Source: Candidatus Nomurabacteria bacterium
GTDB lineage: Bacteria > Patescibacteriota > Minisyncoccia > Phycocordibacterales > UBA9973
Direction: 5' to 3'
NCBI GenBank assembly: GCA_026395995.1
Contig: JAPLXQ010000013.1
Coordinates: 1-52,041 of the forward strand
Length of the DNA: 52,041 nucleotides
The notes beneath the pieces were generated by a model. It searched no databases. It saw nothing but the letters and a program-made list of their open reading frames with translations, and had not been told where the DNA came from. This document shows positions 1 to 9,712 of the stretch, one piece after another. Every line of letters begins with the position of its first letter. The stretch's first letter is position 1. A program made the position numbers and the translations under genes.

Positions 1-818
1 AGCGAGAGATCATCGTTTAGGGCGTGGACTACTGGGGTATCTAATCCCATTCGCTACCCACGCTTTCGTGCTTCAGTGTCAAATATGCGCCAGTTTGCTG
101 CCTTCGCATTTGGTGTTCCCCATGATATCAACGGATTTCACCCCTACACCATGAGTTCCGCAAACCTCTCACACTTTCAAGCTATGCCGTTTCCCTTGCG
201 ATCCCTATGTTAAGCACAGGGTTTTGACAAGAGACTAACATTGCAACCTACGCACCCTTTACGCCCAATAATTCCGGATAACGCTCGAGGCTCTCGTATT
301 ACCGCTCCTGCTGGCACGAGATTAGGAGCCTCTTATTCATGAGGTACCGTCAATAAACTTCTTCCCTCATAAAAGATCTTTACGCCCCAGAGGGGCTTCA
401 TCAATCACGCGGCGTCGCTCGATCAGACTTTCGTCCATTGTCGAATATTCTCGGCTGCAGCCACCCGTAGGTGTATGGTCCGTGTCTCAGTACCATCGGT
501 GGGGGTCAGCCTCTCAGCTCCCCTAGACGTCATAGCCTTGGTAAGCCATTACCTTACCAACTAGCTGATATCGCACAGGCCTTTCCCTAAGCGTTAAAAC
601 TTTACTCTTGCGAGACCATCGCGTATTACTCTGCCTTTCGGCAGGCTATTCGCGACTTAGGGGGAAGTTCCTATGTATTACTACCTCGTTCGCCACTAAA
701 CTTAAACGACCTTTGACTTGATATAATCGCATCTCTGGAAAAATAAGTTTCGTTCGACTTGCATGCCTTATCCACGCCGCCAGCGTTCATCCTGAGCTAG
801 GATCAAACTCTAATTTAA
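1..818 (-). rRNA. rrs: 16S rRNA gene, 5' part (runs off the left end of the window)
   Basis: Conserved 16S primer sites in the correct order and spacing: 27F-like at 792-811, 338 region at 457-474, 515 region at 299-317, 806R at 26-45. The 5' end is approximate. Confidence 0.98.
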
Positions 819-1083
819 AATTAGATTCTGATTAAACAGATTTAGAACGAAACAAAATAAAAAACAGAATTCGATTACTCGAATTTAATTTTCTAAAACA
901 TTCTCGATCCTGCTCACTAAAGTATTTTAAAAAATACTTAAAAAATTATTGATTGAATATAACTAGAACTTGCATCCCGACTCTCTCGGAGTCGGGGTTC
1001 TCAAACTATTAACTTTTCAAGGTTTTATAACAATACCTATTGAAATAAAAATGTCTTATCCACTTGGATGAGACGTAAGGTCT

Positions 1084-1112
1084 ATACTATACTAAGCGAA
1101 TTCATAAGTCAA
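1084..1112 (-). promoter_or_regulatory. Probable sigma70 promoter of the rRNA gene
   Basis: TTGACT-17 nt-TAGTAT on the minus strand, about 270 nt upstream of the 16S 5' end. Confidence 0.6.
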
Positions 1113-1184
1113 GCATTCTCCCGCCCTCTAAAATATGACCCAAAAATGACCTATTTTAGGGGGCTAAATAGCCCTCAAAAAGAC

Positions 1185-1213
1185 TTGACTTTTAACCCTG
1201 TTTATGCTATACT
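1185..1213 (+). promoter_or_regulatory. Sigma70 promoter for the 1315 ORF
   Basis: TTGACT-17 nt-TATACT with an extended -10 TG. Confidence 0.7.
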
Positions 1214-1314
1214 TATCTAAGATCTTTCAGTACTGACAGATGGCTTCACAGCTCCAGAGTTAGTTCTAACCTCTGTAAAATGTTTAGAACATTAAAAACA
1301 AAATACATCGTACG

Positions 1315-1626
1315 ATGAACACAACACTTGAGATTACAGGTGGTCCTTCGAGAGAAGAACTATTTGATGGTTTACGTCTTTTATCTGAAAAAAGACAAAT
1401 TCCTTTTACTTTTAAAGCAACAAAAGGAACAGAATTGATTATGCCTTTAGTTACAATGCAAAGCATTGCAGCCGAAGATGGCAGCGGACATTCTTGGAAT
1501 ATTACATTCCTAGTAAAGAAATGTTTCGTTGTAATTGGTTCAAAAGATGAAAGTCTGGTAACAGTAAAAGCGTATTATTCTTCAATGAGGCGCAAGGGTA
1601 CAGTTACTTATCAATTTGGAGAGTAA
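1315..1626 (+). CDS. Hypothetical protein (103 aa)
   Basis: ATG ORF lying between a near-consensus promoter and a terminator; no family recognised. Confidence 0.75.
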   Translation: MNTTLEITGGPSREELFDGLRLLSEKRQIPFTFKATKGTELIMPLVTMQSIAAEDGSGHSWNITFLVKKCFVVIGSKDESLVTVKAYYSSMRRKGTVTYQFGE

Positions 1627-1640
1627 GATTTATTCTTCAG

Positions 1641-1675
1641 AAAAAAGCATTCCAAAATATTGGAATGCTTTTTTT
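1641..1675. terminator. Bidirectional intrinsic terminator
   Basis: AAAAAAGCATTCCAA-aata-TTGGAATGCTTTTTT between convergent genes. Confidence 0.8.
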
Positions 1676-1684
1676 ATTTCTCCC

Positions 1685-2089
1685 CTACTGCGCCTGTGCA
1701 CAAAATGAACAACGCTTTGCATTGAGTGGAATTGTCGAGAGACATTCCGTGCATTTTTTAGTTGTGTCGTCGGCTGGTTTTTCTTTTCGAGAACGAGCAA
1801 TGAGGAGGTTCATCGGTTTGATAACAAAAAAGAAAACTGCAAAAGCTACGAGTAGAAATGAGATCAAAGCATTGATAAAATCTCCGTACATAAATTTACT
1901 TCCATTTAATATAAAAGACATATTACTGAAATCAGGAACTTTCGCTATCGCTCCGACAAGCGGAGTCAAAACATCTTTTACCAAAGCAGATACGATAGTC
2001 CCGAAAGCACTACCAATAACGACACCCACAGCGAGGTCTACCACATTCCCTCTTAATAAAAATTGTTTGAATTCTTTAAATATTTTCAT
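1685..2089 (-). CDS. mscL: Large-conductance mechanosensitive channel MscL with C-terminal CxxC...CxxC zinc ribbon
   Basis: FKEFKQFLLRGNVVDLAVGVVIGSAFGTIVSALVKDVLTP and YGDFINALISF motifs. Start moved to the ATG at 2089 (MKIFKEF). Confidence 0.95.
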   Translation of the reverse strand: MKIFKEFKQFLLRGNVVDLAVGVVIGSAFGTIVSALVKDVLTPLVGAIAKVPDFSNMSFILNGSKFMYGDFINALISFLLVAFAVFFFVIKPMNLLIARSRKEKPADDTTKKCTECLSTIPLNAKRCSFCAQAQ

Positions 2090-2115
2090 ATATAAAAGTA
2101 TATATGAATTAAACT

Positions 2116-2268
2116 TTATTTCAATGGATTTTCTCCACGAATTATACGAATCAAGAAAAGGACAACTGCTATCACGAGAAGGATATGAATAAATCCACCC
2201 ACCACATGAAAGCCGATAAAACCGACGAGCCATAGAAATATTAAAACAAAACCAATTATTGTAAGCAT
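2116..2268 (-). CDS. Small membrane protein, lmo0937/DUF5670-like (50 aa; absent from the ORF track)
   Basis: Manual translation MLTIIGFVLIFLWLVGFIGFHVVGGFIHILLVIAVVLFLIRIIRGENPLK*; carries the GGFIHILLVIA motif. Confidence 0.85.
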   Translation of the reverse strand: MLTIIGFVLIFLWLVGFIGFHVVGGFIHILLVIAVVLFLIRIIRGENPLK

Positions 2269-2305
2269 GTAATATATGCCGAGAGAATTAGAAATTTATT
2301 ACAAT

Positions 2306-2536
2306 TTACTCCCCTTCTATATCTAAAGACAAAAGCTTACTCCTATGAGTGTGGCCATTTATTATTCGTACTTTATTTTTCGGAATTTGATAATGTTCTG
2401 ACACGAGCTCTATGATTCGCGTATTCGCCATATTTCTCTCAGCTTCTTCTTTCACCCATGCATCAAAATAACCTCTTTTCTTTTCCAAAAATTTTTCCTT
2501 ATTCATCCCCGCTGTAACTGTGACTTTGATGTACAT
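2306..2536 (-). CDS. DUF167/YggU family protein
   Basis: 76 aa with IKVTV...VKEEAERNMAN...IPKNKVRIINGHTHRSKLL pattern. Confidence 0.8.
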   Translation of the reverse strand: MYIKVTVTAGMNKEKFLEKKRGYFDAWVKEEAERNMANTRIIELVSEHYQIPKNKVRIINGHTHRSKLLSLDIEGE

Positions 2537-2545
2537 GAATTTTTA

Positions 2546-2947
2546 TTAACCAGTTACAGCACTACTATATTTCATTTTTATATCAGAAAACCTTTTAACC
2601 CAATCACTATTTTGTTTAAATATTTTAAGTCTTGGTTCGATATACTGAAGAAAATTATATATTTGAGAAATGATTGTTTTACTCACGATAGGATCCGTAA
2701 GCTTATTAAAATGTTGAGAGATAAAATCAGCATAATTTAAATTATTAATAATAGGTTTTCTTAAATTAATCCTCAGTTCTAGTAGCTCACCTTCTTTACC
2801 AGGCAAAATTTGTTGTTCCAATTTAGAAGCATTGAGAGTGATAAACATAGCAAAATCATTAACAAGGTCAAGGTATTTTTCTTTATTAATATCTACGCTC
2901 TTTTTATTTTCTTGTTGATTACTCTCAGGTGGATGATTAAAATTCAT
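2546..2947 (-). CDS. Hypothetical protein
   Basis: 133-aa ORF tightly packed between co-oriented genes. Confidence 0.7.
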   Translation of the reverse strand: MNFNHPPESNQQENKKSVDINKEKYLDLVNDFAMFITLNASKLEQQILPGKEGELLELRINLRKPIINNLNYADFISQHFNKLTDPIVSKTIISQIYNFLQYIEPRLKIFKQNSDWVKRFSDIKMKYSSAVTG

Positions 2948-2960
2948 ATATTAAATAAAA

Positions 2961-3509
2961 TTAAAAATTAAAAATTCCGGCGATTGGAGAATTAAATAAA
3001 AATATAATTATATAGAGAACTATAAAAATAATAGGAATCCTTTTTTCTATTTTTGAAAGAGGTACATATTTTTTTGCATTTTTCCCCTCACCTAAAAGAA
3101 TCCATTCAGTCTTAAAAAGAGAGACTGGTAATTTTTGCTCCACTTGATGAATGACTTTAAATTTTGCTCGGCAAAGCTGACGAAGAGAAATAATAATTTC
3201 ATACCAACAATAACAAATAGCAATACCGACAAATGGAACCAAAATAAAAACAATAGAAGCATGAGGTACTATTTTAGTTTCAATATAACCCATGATCGCC
3301 ATAATAGCGGTATTGAGCCCAAGGAAAAACTCATTGGTCTTGAGGCGACGATCACTGACAGTATTGAACATATGCAAATAAATACGATATTGCTCAAGAT
3401 AATGATCAATATACTTGTCAGCATGATTTTCTTTATGATCAGTGTGAATACCGGTCAATATATTGTCTATTTCTTTTCCATCCATACTCATACACATATT
3501 ATATAACAA
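2961..3509 (-). CDS. Three-TM membrane protein, resembles the RipA-type octameric membrane protein family
   Basis: LEQY...SDRR..TN.FF..LNT, ICxxW...YxxL/RQL..AKF.VI...E..LP pattern recalled for this family. True start may be a downstream ATG. Confidence 0.6.
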   Translation of the reverse strand: MLYNMCMSMDGKEIDNILTGIHTDHKENHADKYIDHYLEQYRIYLHMFNTVSDRRLKTNEFFLGLNTAIMAIMGYIETKIVPHASIVFILVPFVGIAICYCWYEIIISLRQLCRAKFKVIHQVEQKLPVSLFKTEWILLGEGKNAKKYVPLSKIEKRIPIIFIVLYIIIFLFNSPIAGIFNF

Positions 3510-3570
3510 TATATAAAATATAAAAACCCTAGAACTTGTTTTTTAAATCCAAATATGCAATAATAGACCT

Positions 3571-3813
3571 ATGCAAAGTTTAGCTAAAATACTTCCATAT
3601 GCGGAAATCATAGTCTCTATTGTATTGATTACTTCAATCTTACTTCAACAATCCAGCGCTGGTATAGGTGGTGCATTAGGAGGTGGAGATGGAGGAAGTT
3701 TTCATCATACTCGCCGAGGTTTCGAAAAATTCCTTTTTATACTTTCAATTATTTTAGGCATATTGCTTGCTGTTTTAGCTTTTCTCGCTATAATTATAAA
3801 AGCAAAAGGTTAG
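3571..3813 (+). CDS. secG: Preprotein translocase subunit SecG
   Basis: ILLQ...GIGGALGGG...RRGFEKFL with two TM segments. Confidence 0.93.
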   Translation: MQSLAKILPYAEIIVSIVLITSILLQQSSAGIGGALGGGDGGSFHHTRRGFEKFLFILSIILGILLAVLAFLAIIIKAKG

Positions 3814-3862
3814 TATTAAACTAGCGCAATTAGCTGTTTAATATTTTCTCAATTTATTTCTT

Positions 3863-5641
3863 ATGGAAAATATTTTTAATCGTATACGTCAAATAAAAAA
3901 TACAGCAAAATTACCATCTAAAGATGAGATCAAAAAAGCAATTTCAACTTTTTCAAAAAAAGAAAAACGTGTCTTTTTAGTACTTTGTCTTATCCTAATA
4001 ATTAGCACTATTGCTATAGTAGGAAAAATTAACAAAATGTTTTTAGTAGAAGTCCCAATGTCAGGTGGAACTCTTTCTGAAGGAATGGTAGGCACACCTA
4101 GATTCGTAAACCCGATTCTAGCATTATCAGATGCAGATAGAGATCTCACTTCCCTAATCTACTCTGGCTTAATGAGAAAATCTCCAGATGGAGGTCTTAT
4201 TCCAGATTTAGCTCAAGAATATAAAATATCTTCAGATGGATTGTCTTATACTTTTACATTAAAAGATAAAATTTATTTTCAAGATAATACAAAAGTTACA
4301 GTAGATGATGTTATTTTTACAATAAATAAAATAAAAGATCCATCTGTCAAAAGTCCACATAAAAACAATTGGGACGGTATCAATGTTGAAAAAATAGACG
4401 AAAAAACAATCAAATTTACCTTAAAACAACCATATACATTATTTTTAGAAAATACAACACTAGGTATATTACCAGAACATATTTGGAAAGATTCCCCTAT
4501 TGAATTAAATGAATTAAACATAAATCCAATAGGATCTGGTCCATACCTTGTTTCAAAAGTAAACAAGCAATCATCAGGAATCATAAATTATTATAATTTA
4601 GTTCAATTTAAAAAATTTATTTTAGGTAAACCTTATATTCAAAATATAACTCTAAGATTCTACCCAAATGAAAATGATTTAATAACAGCGTTAAAAAATG
4701 GAGAAGTTGATCAAGTCAGCTCTATTACTCCAGAAAATGCTAATGTGTTAAAAAATGATAATTATAGAGTAGAGTCTTCTGTTATTCCTCGTGTTTTTGG
4801 TTTATTTTTTAATCAAAATAGAAATCAAATATTTACCGATAAACATATAAAAGAAGCTATTGATCAAGCCATAGATAAAGATGCGATAATCAATGAAGTA
4901 ATCTATGGATATGGAGTTGCTATCGATAACCCTATACCATCAAACTTGATTGCTTATCAAAAATTAAATCAAGATATTCAATCTTCCAGAGAAGAAAGTC
5001 TTCAAAAAGCTAAAGATATTTTAGCAAAAGATGGTTGGATCAAAGGAGCAGATGGATTTTTACAAAAAACAATTGTAGATAAAAAGAAAAAGAAAACTAC
5101 AAAAAATACAACTATTTTACAATTCACAATCTCCACTGGAAATGCTCCAGAATTATCAAAAGCTGCCGAGCTTATTACAAAAGATTTGACTGCTATTGGT
5201 ATGAAAGTTGATTTTAAAACTTTTGAAACTGGAAATTTAAACCAAACAGTTATACGACCAAGAGATTATGATGCCTTATTGTTTGGAGAGATAATAACCC
5301 ACGAATCTGACCTTTTTGCCTTTTGGCACTCTTCTCAAATAAAAGACCCTGGATTAAACGTCGCAATGTATACAAATGTGAAAGTAGATAAAATATTAGA
5401 AGAAGCCTTAGGTACGATTGATGATAAAAATCGAATAAAAAAATACTCACAGTTCGAAGATGAAATAAATAAAGATGTACCAGCAGTCTTTCTTTATAGT
5501 CCAGATTTTATCTATGTAGTATCAAAAAATTTAAATGGTTTAGCAATCGACCACATTGCCACACCAGGAGATAGATTTCAAAATGTCTATAATTGGTCTA
5601 TAGCCAAAGACTATATTTGGGAAATATTTGCTAAAAAATAA
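3863..5641 (+). CDS. ABC transporter substrate-binding protein, family 5 (OppA/DppA-like), with N-terminal membrane anchor
   Basis: LIYSGL, PDLA, DG..YTFTL, VTVDDVIFT and PIGSGPY motifs. Confidence 0.92.
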   Translation: MENIFNRIRQIKNTAKLPSKDEIKKAISTFSKKEKRVFLVLCLILIISTIAIVGKINKMFLVEVPMSGGTLSEGMVGTPRFVNPILALSDADRDLTSLIYSGLMRKSPDGGLIPDLAQEYKISSDGLSYTFTLKDKIYFQDNTKVTVDDVIFTINKIKDPSVKSPHKNNWDGINVEKIDEKTIKFTLKQPYTLFLENTTLGILPEHIWKDSPIELNELNINPIGSGPYLVSKVNKQSSGIINYYNLVQFKKFILGKPYIQNITLRFYPNENDLITALKNGEVDQVSSITPENANVLKNDNYRVESSVIPRVFGLFFNQNRNQIFTDKHIKEAIDQAIDKDAIINEVIYGYGVAIDNPIPSNLIAYQKLNQDIQSSREESLQKAKDILAKDGWIKGADGFLQKTIVDKKKKKTTKNTTILQFTISTGNAPELSKAAELITKDLTAIGMKVDFKTFETGNLNQTVIRPRDYDALLFGEIITHESDLFAFWHSSQIKDPGLNVAMYTNVKVDKILEEALGTIDDKNRIKKYSQFEDEINKDVPAVFLYSPDFIYVVSKNLNGLAIDHIATPGDRFQNVYNWSIAKDYIWEIFAKK

Positions 5642-5689
5642 TTATAATTAAAATAAATTACGTATAGCGTAATTAAGAAGCAAAATACT

Positions 5690-7681
5690 ATGATAAGAAA
5701 AAACAGAATGTCTTTCAGCGATATAAGTATCGAAAAGAAAAAAGAAGAAAACACAACAACAAAAACAAATCACCCTGTTCATCAACGAACAGCAACACAG
5801 GTTACACATACACATGGAGCTCATGCACCGACACGTCAACCATCACACTCTAATCCACACCAAAGTGGAGACAAAAGAATAACAAAAAGTTCTACTTTCC
5901 AATATTCAAAATTTGGTAAAGGACGTCGGTCATCTGCTGGTACAAATGACGGTAAACCTTTTGTCTCAAGAAATACAATTACAAAAATTCCAGAATTACC
6001 AATGGGAAATATTCGTATTATCCCTCTCGGTGGTGTAGAAGAAATCGGAAAAAATATGACAGCTATTGAAATCGGTAATGATATTATTATTATCGATGCT
6101 GGTATGCACTTCTCCACAGAAGAAACACCTGGAGTAGATTATGTCATTCCAAATACTACATATTTAGAAGAAAGAAAAGATAAAATTCGTGCATTATTTA
6201 TAACTCACGGACACCTAGACCATATTGGAGGTGTGCCTTTAGTCTTGTCTCGTATTGGTAATCCACCAGTCTACTCTCGTAATCTTTCAATCTTAATGAT
6301 GAAAAAAAGAGCGACTGAATTCCCTCACCTACCAGAAATGAAAACTGTTACAGTAGAGAGAGATGATGTTGTCACTGTCGGAAATATGCGTGTAAGATTT
6401 TTTGGAGTTACACACACAATTCCAGACTCTATGGGTATCATCATAGAAACTCCACACGGCTGGATCGTAAACCCTGGTGATTACAAGCTCGACCAAGTCG
6501 ATGGTATTGTTACCGACGAAGAAGAAAAAGAATATAGTATTTTTGATAAAGCAAAAGTGCTTTTATTAATGACAGATTCTACAAACATCGAAAAAGAAGG
6601 TTTTGCCTTACCTGAAATAAAAGTTCATCAAGGTTTAGAAAACTTAATCAAAAGAATTCCAGGAAAAATAATTATTGCTGCTTTTGCTTCACACATCACT
6701 CGTCTAATAAAAGTAATGCAAATTGCTGAAGCTTTAGGTAAAAAAGTAGTACTAAATGGTCGCTCAATGAAAGCCAATATGGAAGTATCTTTTGAGGCAG
6801 GACTCTTTACTCCTAAAAAAGGAACTATCATTACTATGGATGAAGTTGATAATTACCCACCTAACAAGGTTGTTATTTTAACAACAGGAGGACAAGGAGA
6901 AGAATTTTCTGGTCTGAGTCGTGCTGCAAATAAAACAGATAAAAAATTTATTTTAAAAGCTGGTGACACTATTATTATCTCTGCTTCAATTATTCCTGGA
7001 AACGAACGCCAAATGCAAAAAATGAAAGATAATCTTTCAAGACGAGGAGTAAGAATCATTAGTTACAGAACTCCTGGAGAAGACTTTGTGCATGCGACAG
7101 GTCATGGAAACAAAGAAGATATAAAATGGTTACATAATAAAATTCATTCTAAATTCTTTATTCCTATTCACGGATATCACTCTCATTTAGAGACACACAA
7201 AGAACTCGCAATGGAAATGGGTATGTCTGAAGATCATATTGTCGTACCAGACAATGGATCTATTATTGAAATTTCAGCTGATGGAGAAAAAATTTCAGTT
7301 CGCAAAGAAAAAGCTCCGAGTGCTCCAATGATGGTAGATGGTACTTCTGTTGGTGATAGTACTGATGTGGTTATTAAAGACCGTGTCATGCTTGCCCAAG
7401 ACGGTATGTTTGTCATTATTGCTGTCGTCGATCAAGCCACTGGTAAATTAAAAAAATCTCCGGACCTTATCTCTCGTGGTTTCGTTTACTTAAAAGAGAA
7501 TCAAGAACTCTTGCGTGCCTGTCGTATAATCATCAAGAAGACAATTGAAGATGGAACAGCTAATAATAAAAATGTGGATTTTGATGTCATTAAAAACAAT
7601 CTTGGTGATAGTGTTTCAAAATTCTTATTCCAAAAAACAGCCAAGCGTCCACTAGTAATACCAGTCATCCTCAGTGTATAA
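5690..7681 (+). CDS. rnj: Ribonuclease J with a low-complexity N-terminal extension of about 100 aa
   Basis: IPLGGVEEIGKNM, THGHLDHIGG, HTIPDS, HATGH, PIHG, SRGFVY and RPLVIPVI motifs. Confidence 0.96.
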   Translation: MIRKNRMSFSDISIEKKKEENTTTKTNHPVHQRTATQVTHTHGAHAPTRQPSHSNPHQSGDKRITKSSTFQYSKFGKGRRSSAGTNDGKPFVSRNTITKIPELPMGNIRIIPLGGVEEIGKNMTAIEIGNDIIIIDAGMHFSTEETPGVDYVIPNTTYLEERKDKIRALFITHGHLDHIGGVPLVLSRIGNPPVYSRNLSILMMKKRATEFPHLPEMKTVTVERDDVVTVGNMRVRFFGVTHTIPDSMGIIIETPHGWIVNPGDYKLDQVDGIVTDEEEKEYSIFDKAKVLLLMTDSTNIEKEGFALPEIKVHQGLENLIKRIPGKIIIAAFASHITRLIKVMQIAEALGKKVVLNGRSMKANMEVSFEAGLFTPKKGTIITMDEVDNYPPNKVVILTTGGQGEEFSGLSRAANKTDKKFILKAGDTIIISASIIPGNERQMQKMKDNLSRRGVRIISYRTPGEDFVHATGHGNKEDIKWLHNKIHSKFFIPIHGYHSHLETHKELAMEMGMSEDHIVVPDNGSIIEISADGEKISVRKEKAPSAPMMVDGTSVGDSTDVVIKDRVMLAQDGMFVIIAVVDQATGKLKKSPDLISRGFVYLKENQELLRACRIIIKKTIEDGTANNKNVDFDVIKNNLGDSVSKFLFQKTAKRPLVIPVILSV

Positions 7682-7689
7682 TTAAATAC

Positions 7690-8841
7690 GTGATAGAAAA
7701 AAAAAGAAAAACAATTTACTTAACTGGATTTCTATTTGCTATAAACATAGCTTTAACTTCTTATATTAGTTCTAGCTTCTTAGAAAGTTTCATAAATGTA
7801 GATTATATTGGTATTGTTTACACAATCTCAGCTATTATTACAATAATAGGCCTATTTATGATGCCTAGATTAATGTCTAAGTATGGAAATAAAAATATTG
7901 CTATATTAGTGAGTAGTTTATCTTTTCTTTCCTTAGTATTTATGTCTTTTTCAAATACTGGATTTATCGTAATTCCGGCTTTTATTTTATATTTTGCTTC
8001 TGGAAACTTTTTTATAGCTAATTTAGATATATTCTTAGAAGAATATTCAAATTCAAAAGATGTCGGCAAGACTCGTGGCTTATATTTAACATTTATCAAT
8101 ATTGCTTGGGTTGTCGCCCAAATGATTTCTGGGTCAATCATCGCCAAGAGTTCTTATAGCGGTATTTATTTATTTTCTGCTGGATTAATGGCTCTCGTGA
8201 CTGGTACATTAATATTATTTTTTAATAAATTCGAAGATCCAATTTATAAAAAAATGTCAGTACTTAAAACAGTAAAATTTTTCATTAAAGACAGAAATGT
8301 CTCAAAAATATATTTAATTAATTTAATTTTAAAATTCTTTTATGCTTGGATGGTTATTTATACACCAATATATTTACATCAATACCTTGGTTTTGGTTGG
8401 GAAAAAATTGGATTAATTTTTACAATCATGCTCTTACCTTTTGTAATTTTAGATATACCACTAGGAGGTCTTTCCGACAAAATTGGTGAGAAAAAAATAC
8501 TCATTATTGGTTTTATTGTAACTACAATATTTACCCTTTTGATTCCATTTATATCAAGCACAAGCTGGATTATTTGGGCATTTATACTATTCTGTACACG
8601 TATCGGAGCAGCTACAATAGAAATAATGTCTGAAATATATTTTTTCAAAATTGTTTCAGTAGAAAAATCAGATGAAATAAGCTTCTTTAGAAATACTCTT
8701 CCGATTTCATATATTTTAGGACCATTAATTGCTGTTCCTGTATTATTACTAGTTCCATCATTTGAATTTCTTTTCTTTGTCTTGGGTGCAATAATGCTTC
8801 TAGGAATACTTTTAACATCTAGATTAAAAGACGTAAAATAA
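7690..8841 (+). CDS. MFS transporter
   Basis: About 12 hydrophobic segments; GGLSDKIGEKK MFS loop motif. Confidence 0.88.
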   Translation: MIEKKRKTIYLTGFLFAINIALTSYISSSFLESFINVDYIGIVYTISAIITIIGLFMMPRLMSKYGNKNIAILVSSLSFLSLVFMSFSNTGFIVIPAFILYFASGNFFIANLDIFLEEYSNSKDVGKTRGLYLTFINIAWVVAQMISGSIIAKSSYSGIYLFSAGLMALVTGTLILFFNKFEDPIYKKMSVLKTVKFFIKDRNVSKIYLINLILKFFYAWMVIYTPIYLHQYLGFGWEKIGLIFTIMLLPFVILDIPLGGLSDKIGEKKILIIGFIVTTIFTLLIPFISSTSWIIWAFILFCTRIGAATIEIMSEIYFFKIVSVEKSDEISFFRNTLPISYILGPLIAVPVLLLVPSFEFLFFVLGAIMLLGILLTSRLKDVK

Positions 8842-8871
8842 AAACCTCATAATTTATGAGGTTTTTATTTT
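8835..8871. terminator. Bidirectional intrinsic terminator
   Basis: AAAATAAAAACCTCATAA-t-TTATGAGGTTTTTATTTT between convergent genes. Confidence 0.75.
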
Positions 8872-8878
8872 ATAGATT

Positions 8879-9289
8879 TTATTTTAACTTTTCTTCATCA
8901 CCCTCAAGAATATTAAATTTCTTTAATATTTCTTTACCATCCTTAGCCAGACCACCCATCACAGATGGTTCTTTTTGAGCATGTTTGGCAACTGTATTAA
9001 TGAAAGCAAACATTACTCCAAGTCCGACAAAAATATAAACCATTGTAAATATTTTACTGACAGGACTATGAGGAATCATATCATCACCGCCATAACCGAC
9101 GGTCGTCAGAGTCGTAACACTAAAAAATAATGAATCCAAATAAGACCATCCTTCGATAGTATGGTAGACAATCGCACCTCCAAATAAAATAACGATCACA
9201 ATAAAAATCAAACCCTTAAACTCTGGTTCTTTCCAGGAAGATTTTAATGCTCTACCAAAACGTATAAAGATTAAGAAAAATGAAGCCAT
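8879..9289 (-). CDS. Minimal 2-TM potassium channel family protein
   Basis: TM, pore helix (WSYLDSLFFSVTTLTTVGYG), TM. Confidence 0.9.
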   Translation of the reverse strand: MASFFLIFIRFGRALKSSWKEPEFKGLIFIVIVILFGGAIVYHTIEGWSYLDSLFFSVTTLTTVGYGGDDMIPHSPVSKIFTMVYIFVGLGVMFAFINTVAKHAQKEPSVMGGLAKDGKEILKKFNILEGDEEKLK

Positions 9290-9298
9290 TGTTTAAAA

Positions 9299-9661
9299 TT
9301 ATAAAAAAGCAATAATAATTAATAATGCACCTAGGAGTGCCATGTTTTTTGTAAAACTCATTTGTTCAGACATTTTACTTGCAGGATCAGTTATTTTCCA
9401 AAAAGCATGCATTTGAATTGTGACAAAGGTTAAAAATATTGCCAATAAAGCGATAGAAGCTTTTAAATAAACCCACAATAAAATACCAAAACCTCCCAAT
9501 AAAAGCATCACTCCAGTCAATAAAACTGCTAAATGAGCAAGTGGTACATTTTTTGATTTTGCATAATTAGTCAGCATTTCTGATTTAGAAAAATGATTAT
9601 AAGCACTCATCAAAAAATAACCTCCCAAAAGAACTCTTCCTAATAAAAATAATATCATCAT
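9299..9661 (-). CDS. DoxX family membrane protein
   Basis: GRVLLGGYF...HF, MHAFW, F.KNMALLGALL. Confidence 0.88.
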   Translation of the reverse strand: MMILFLLGRVLLGGYFLMSAYNHFSKSEMLTNYAKSKNVPLAHLAVLLTGVMLLLGGFGILLWVYLKASIALLAIFLTFVTIQMHAFWKITDPASKMSEQMSFTKNMALLGALLIIIAFL

Positions 9662-9712
9662 AAATAATTAATTAAAATCTTGTAATATAGCTATTATAAC
9701 ATAAATACACCC

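Noticed and set aside
698-750. Possible intron or insertion in 16S V1
   Set aside because: The segment is closed by AAACTTA/TAAGTTT and overall primer spacing is normal, so it is ordinary helix-6 variation.
976-996. GC-rich hairpin CCCGACTC-tctcg-GAGTCGGG in the rRNA leader as a REP
   Set aside because: Single copy in the window; cannot be distinguished from a leader helix.
1665-2233. Plus-strand 175-aa ORF and the 48-aa N-terminal extension of MscL
   Set aside because: The first is antisense to mscL. The extension overlaps the 2116-2268 gene in another frame.
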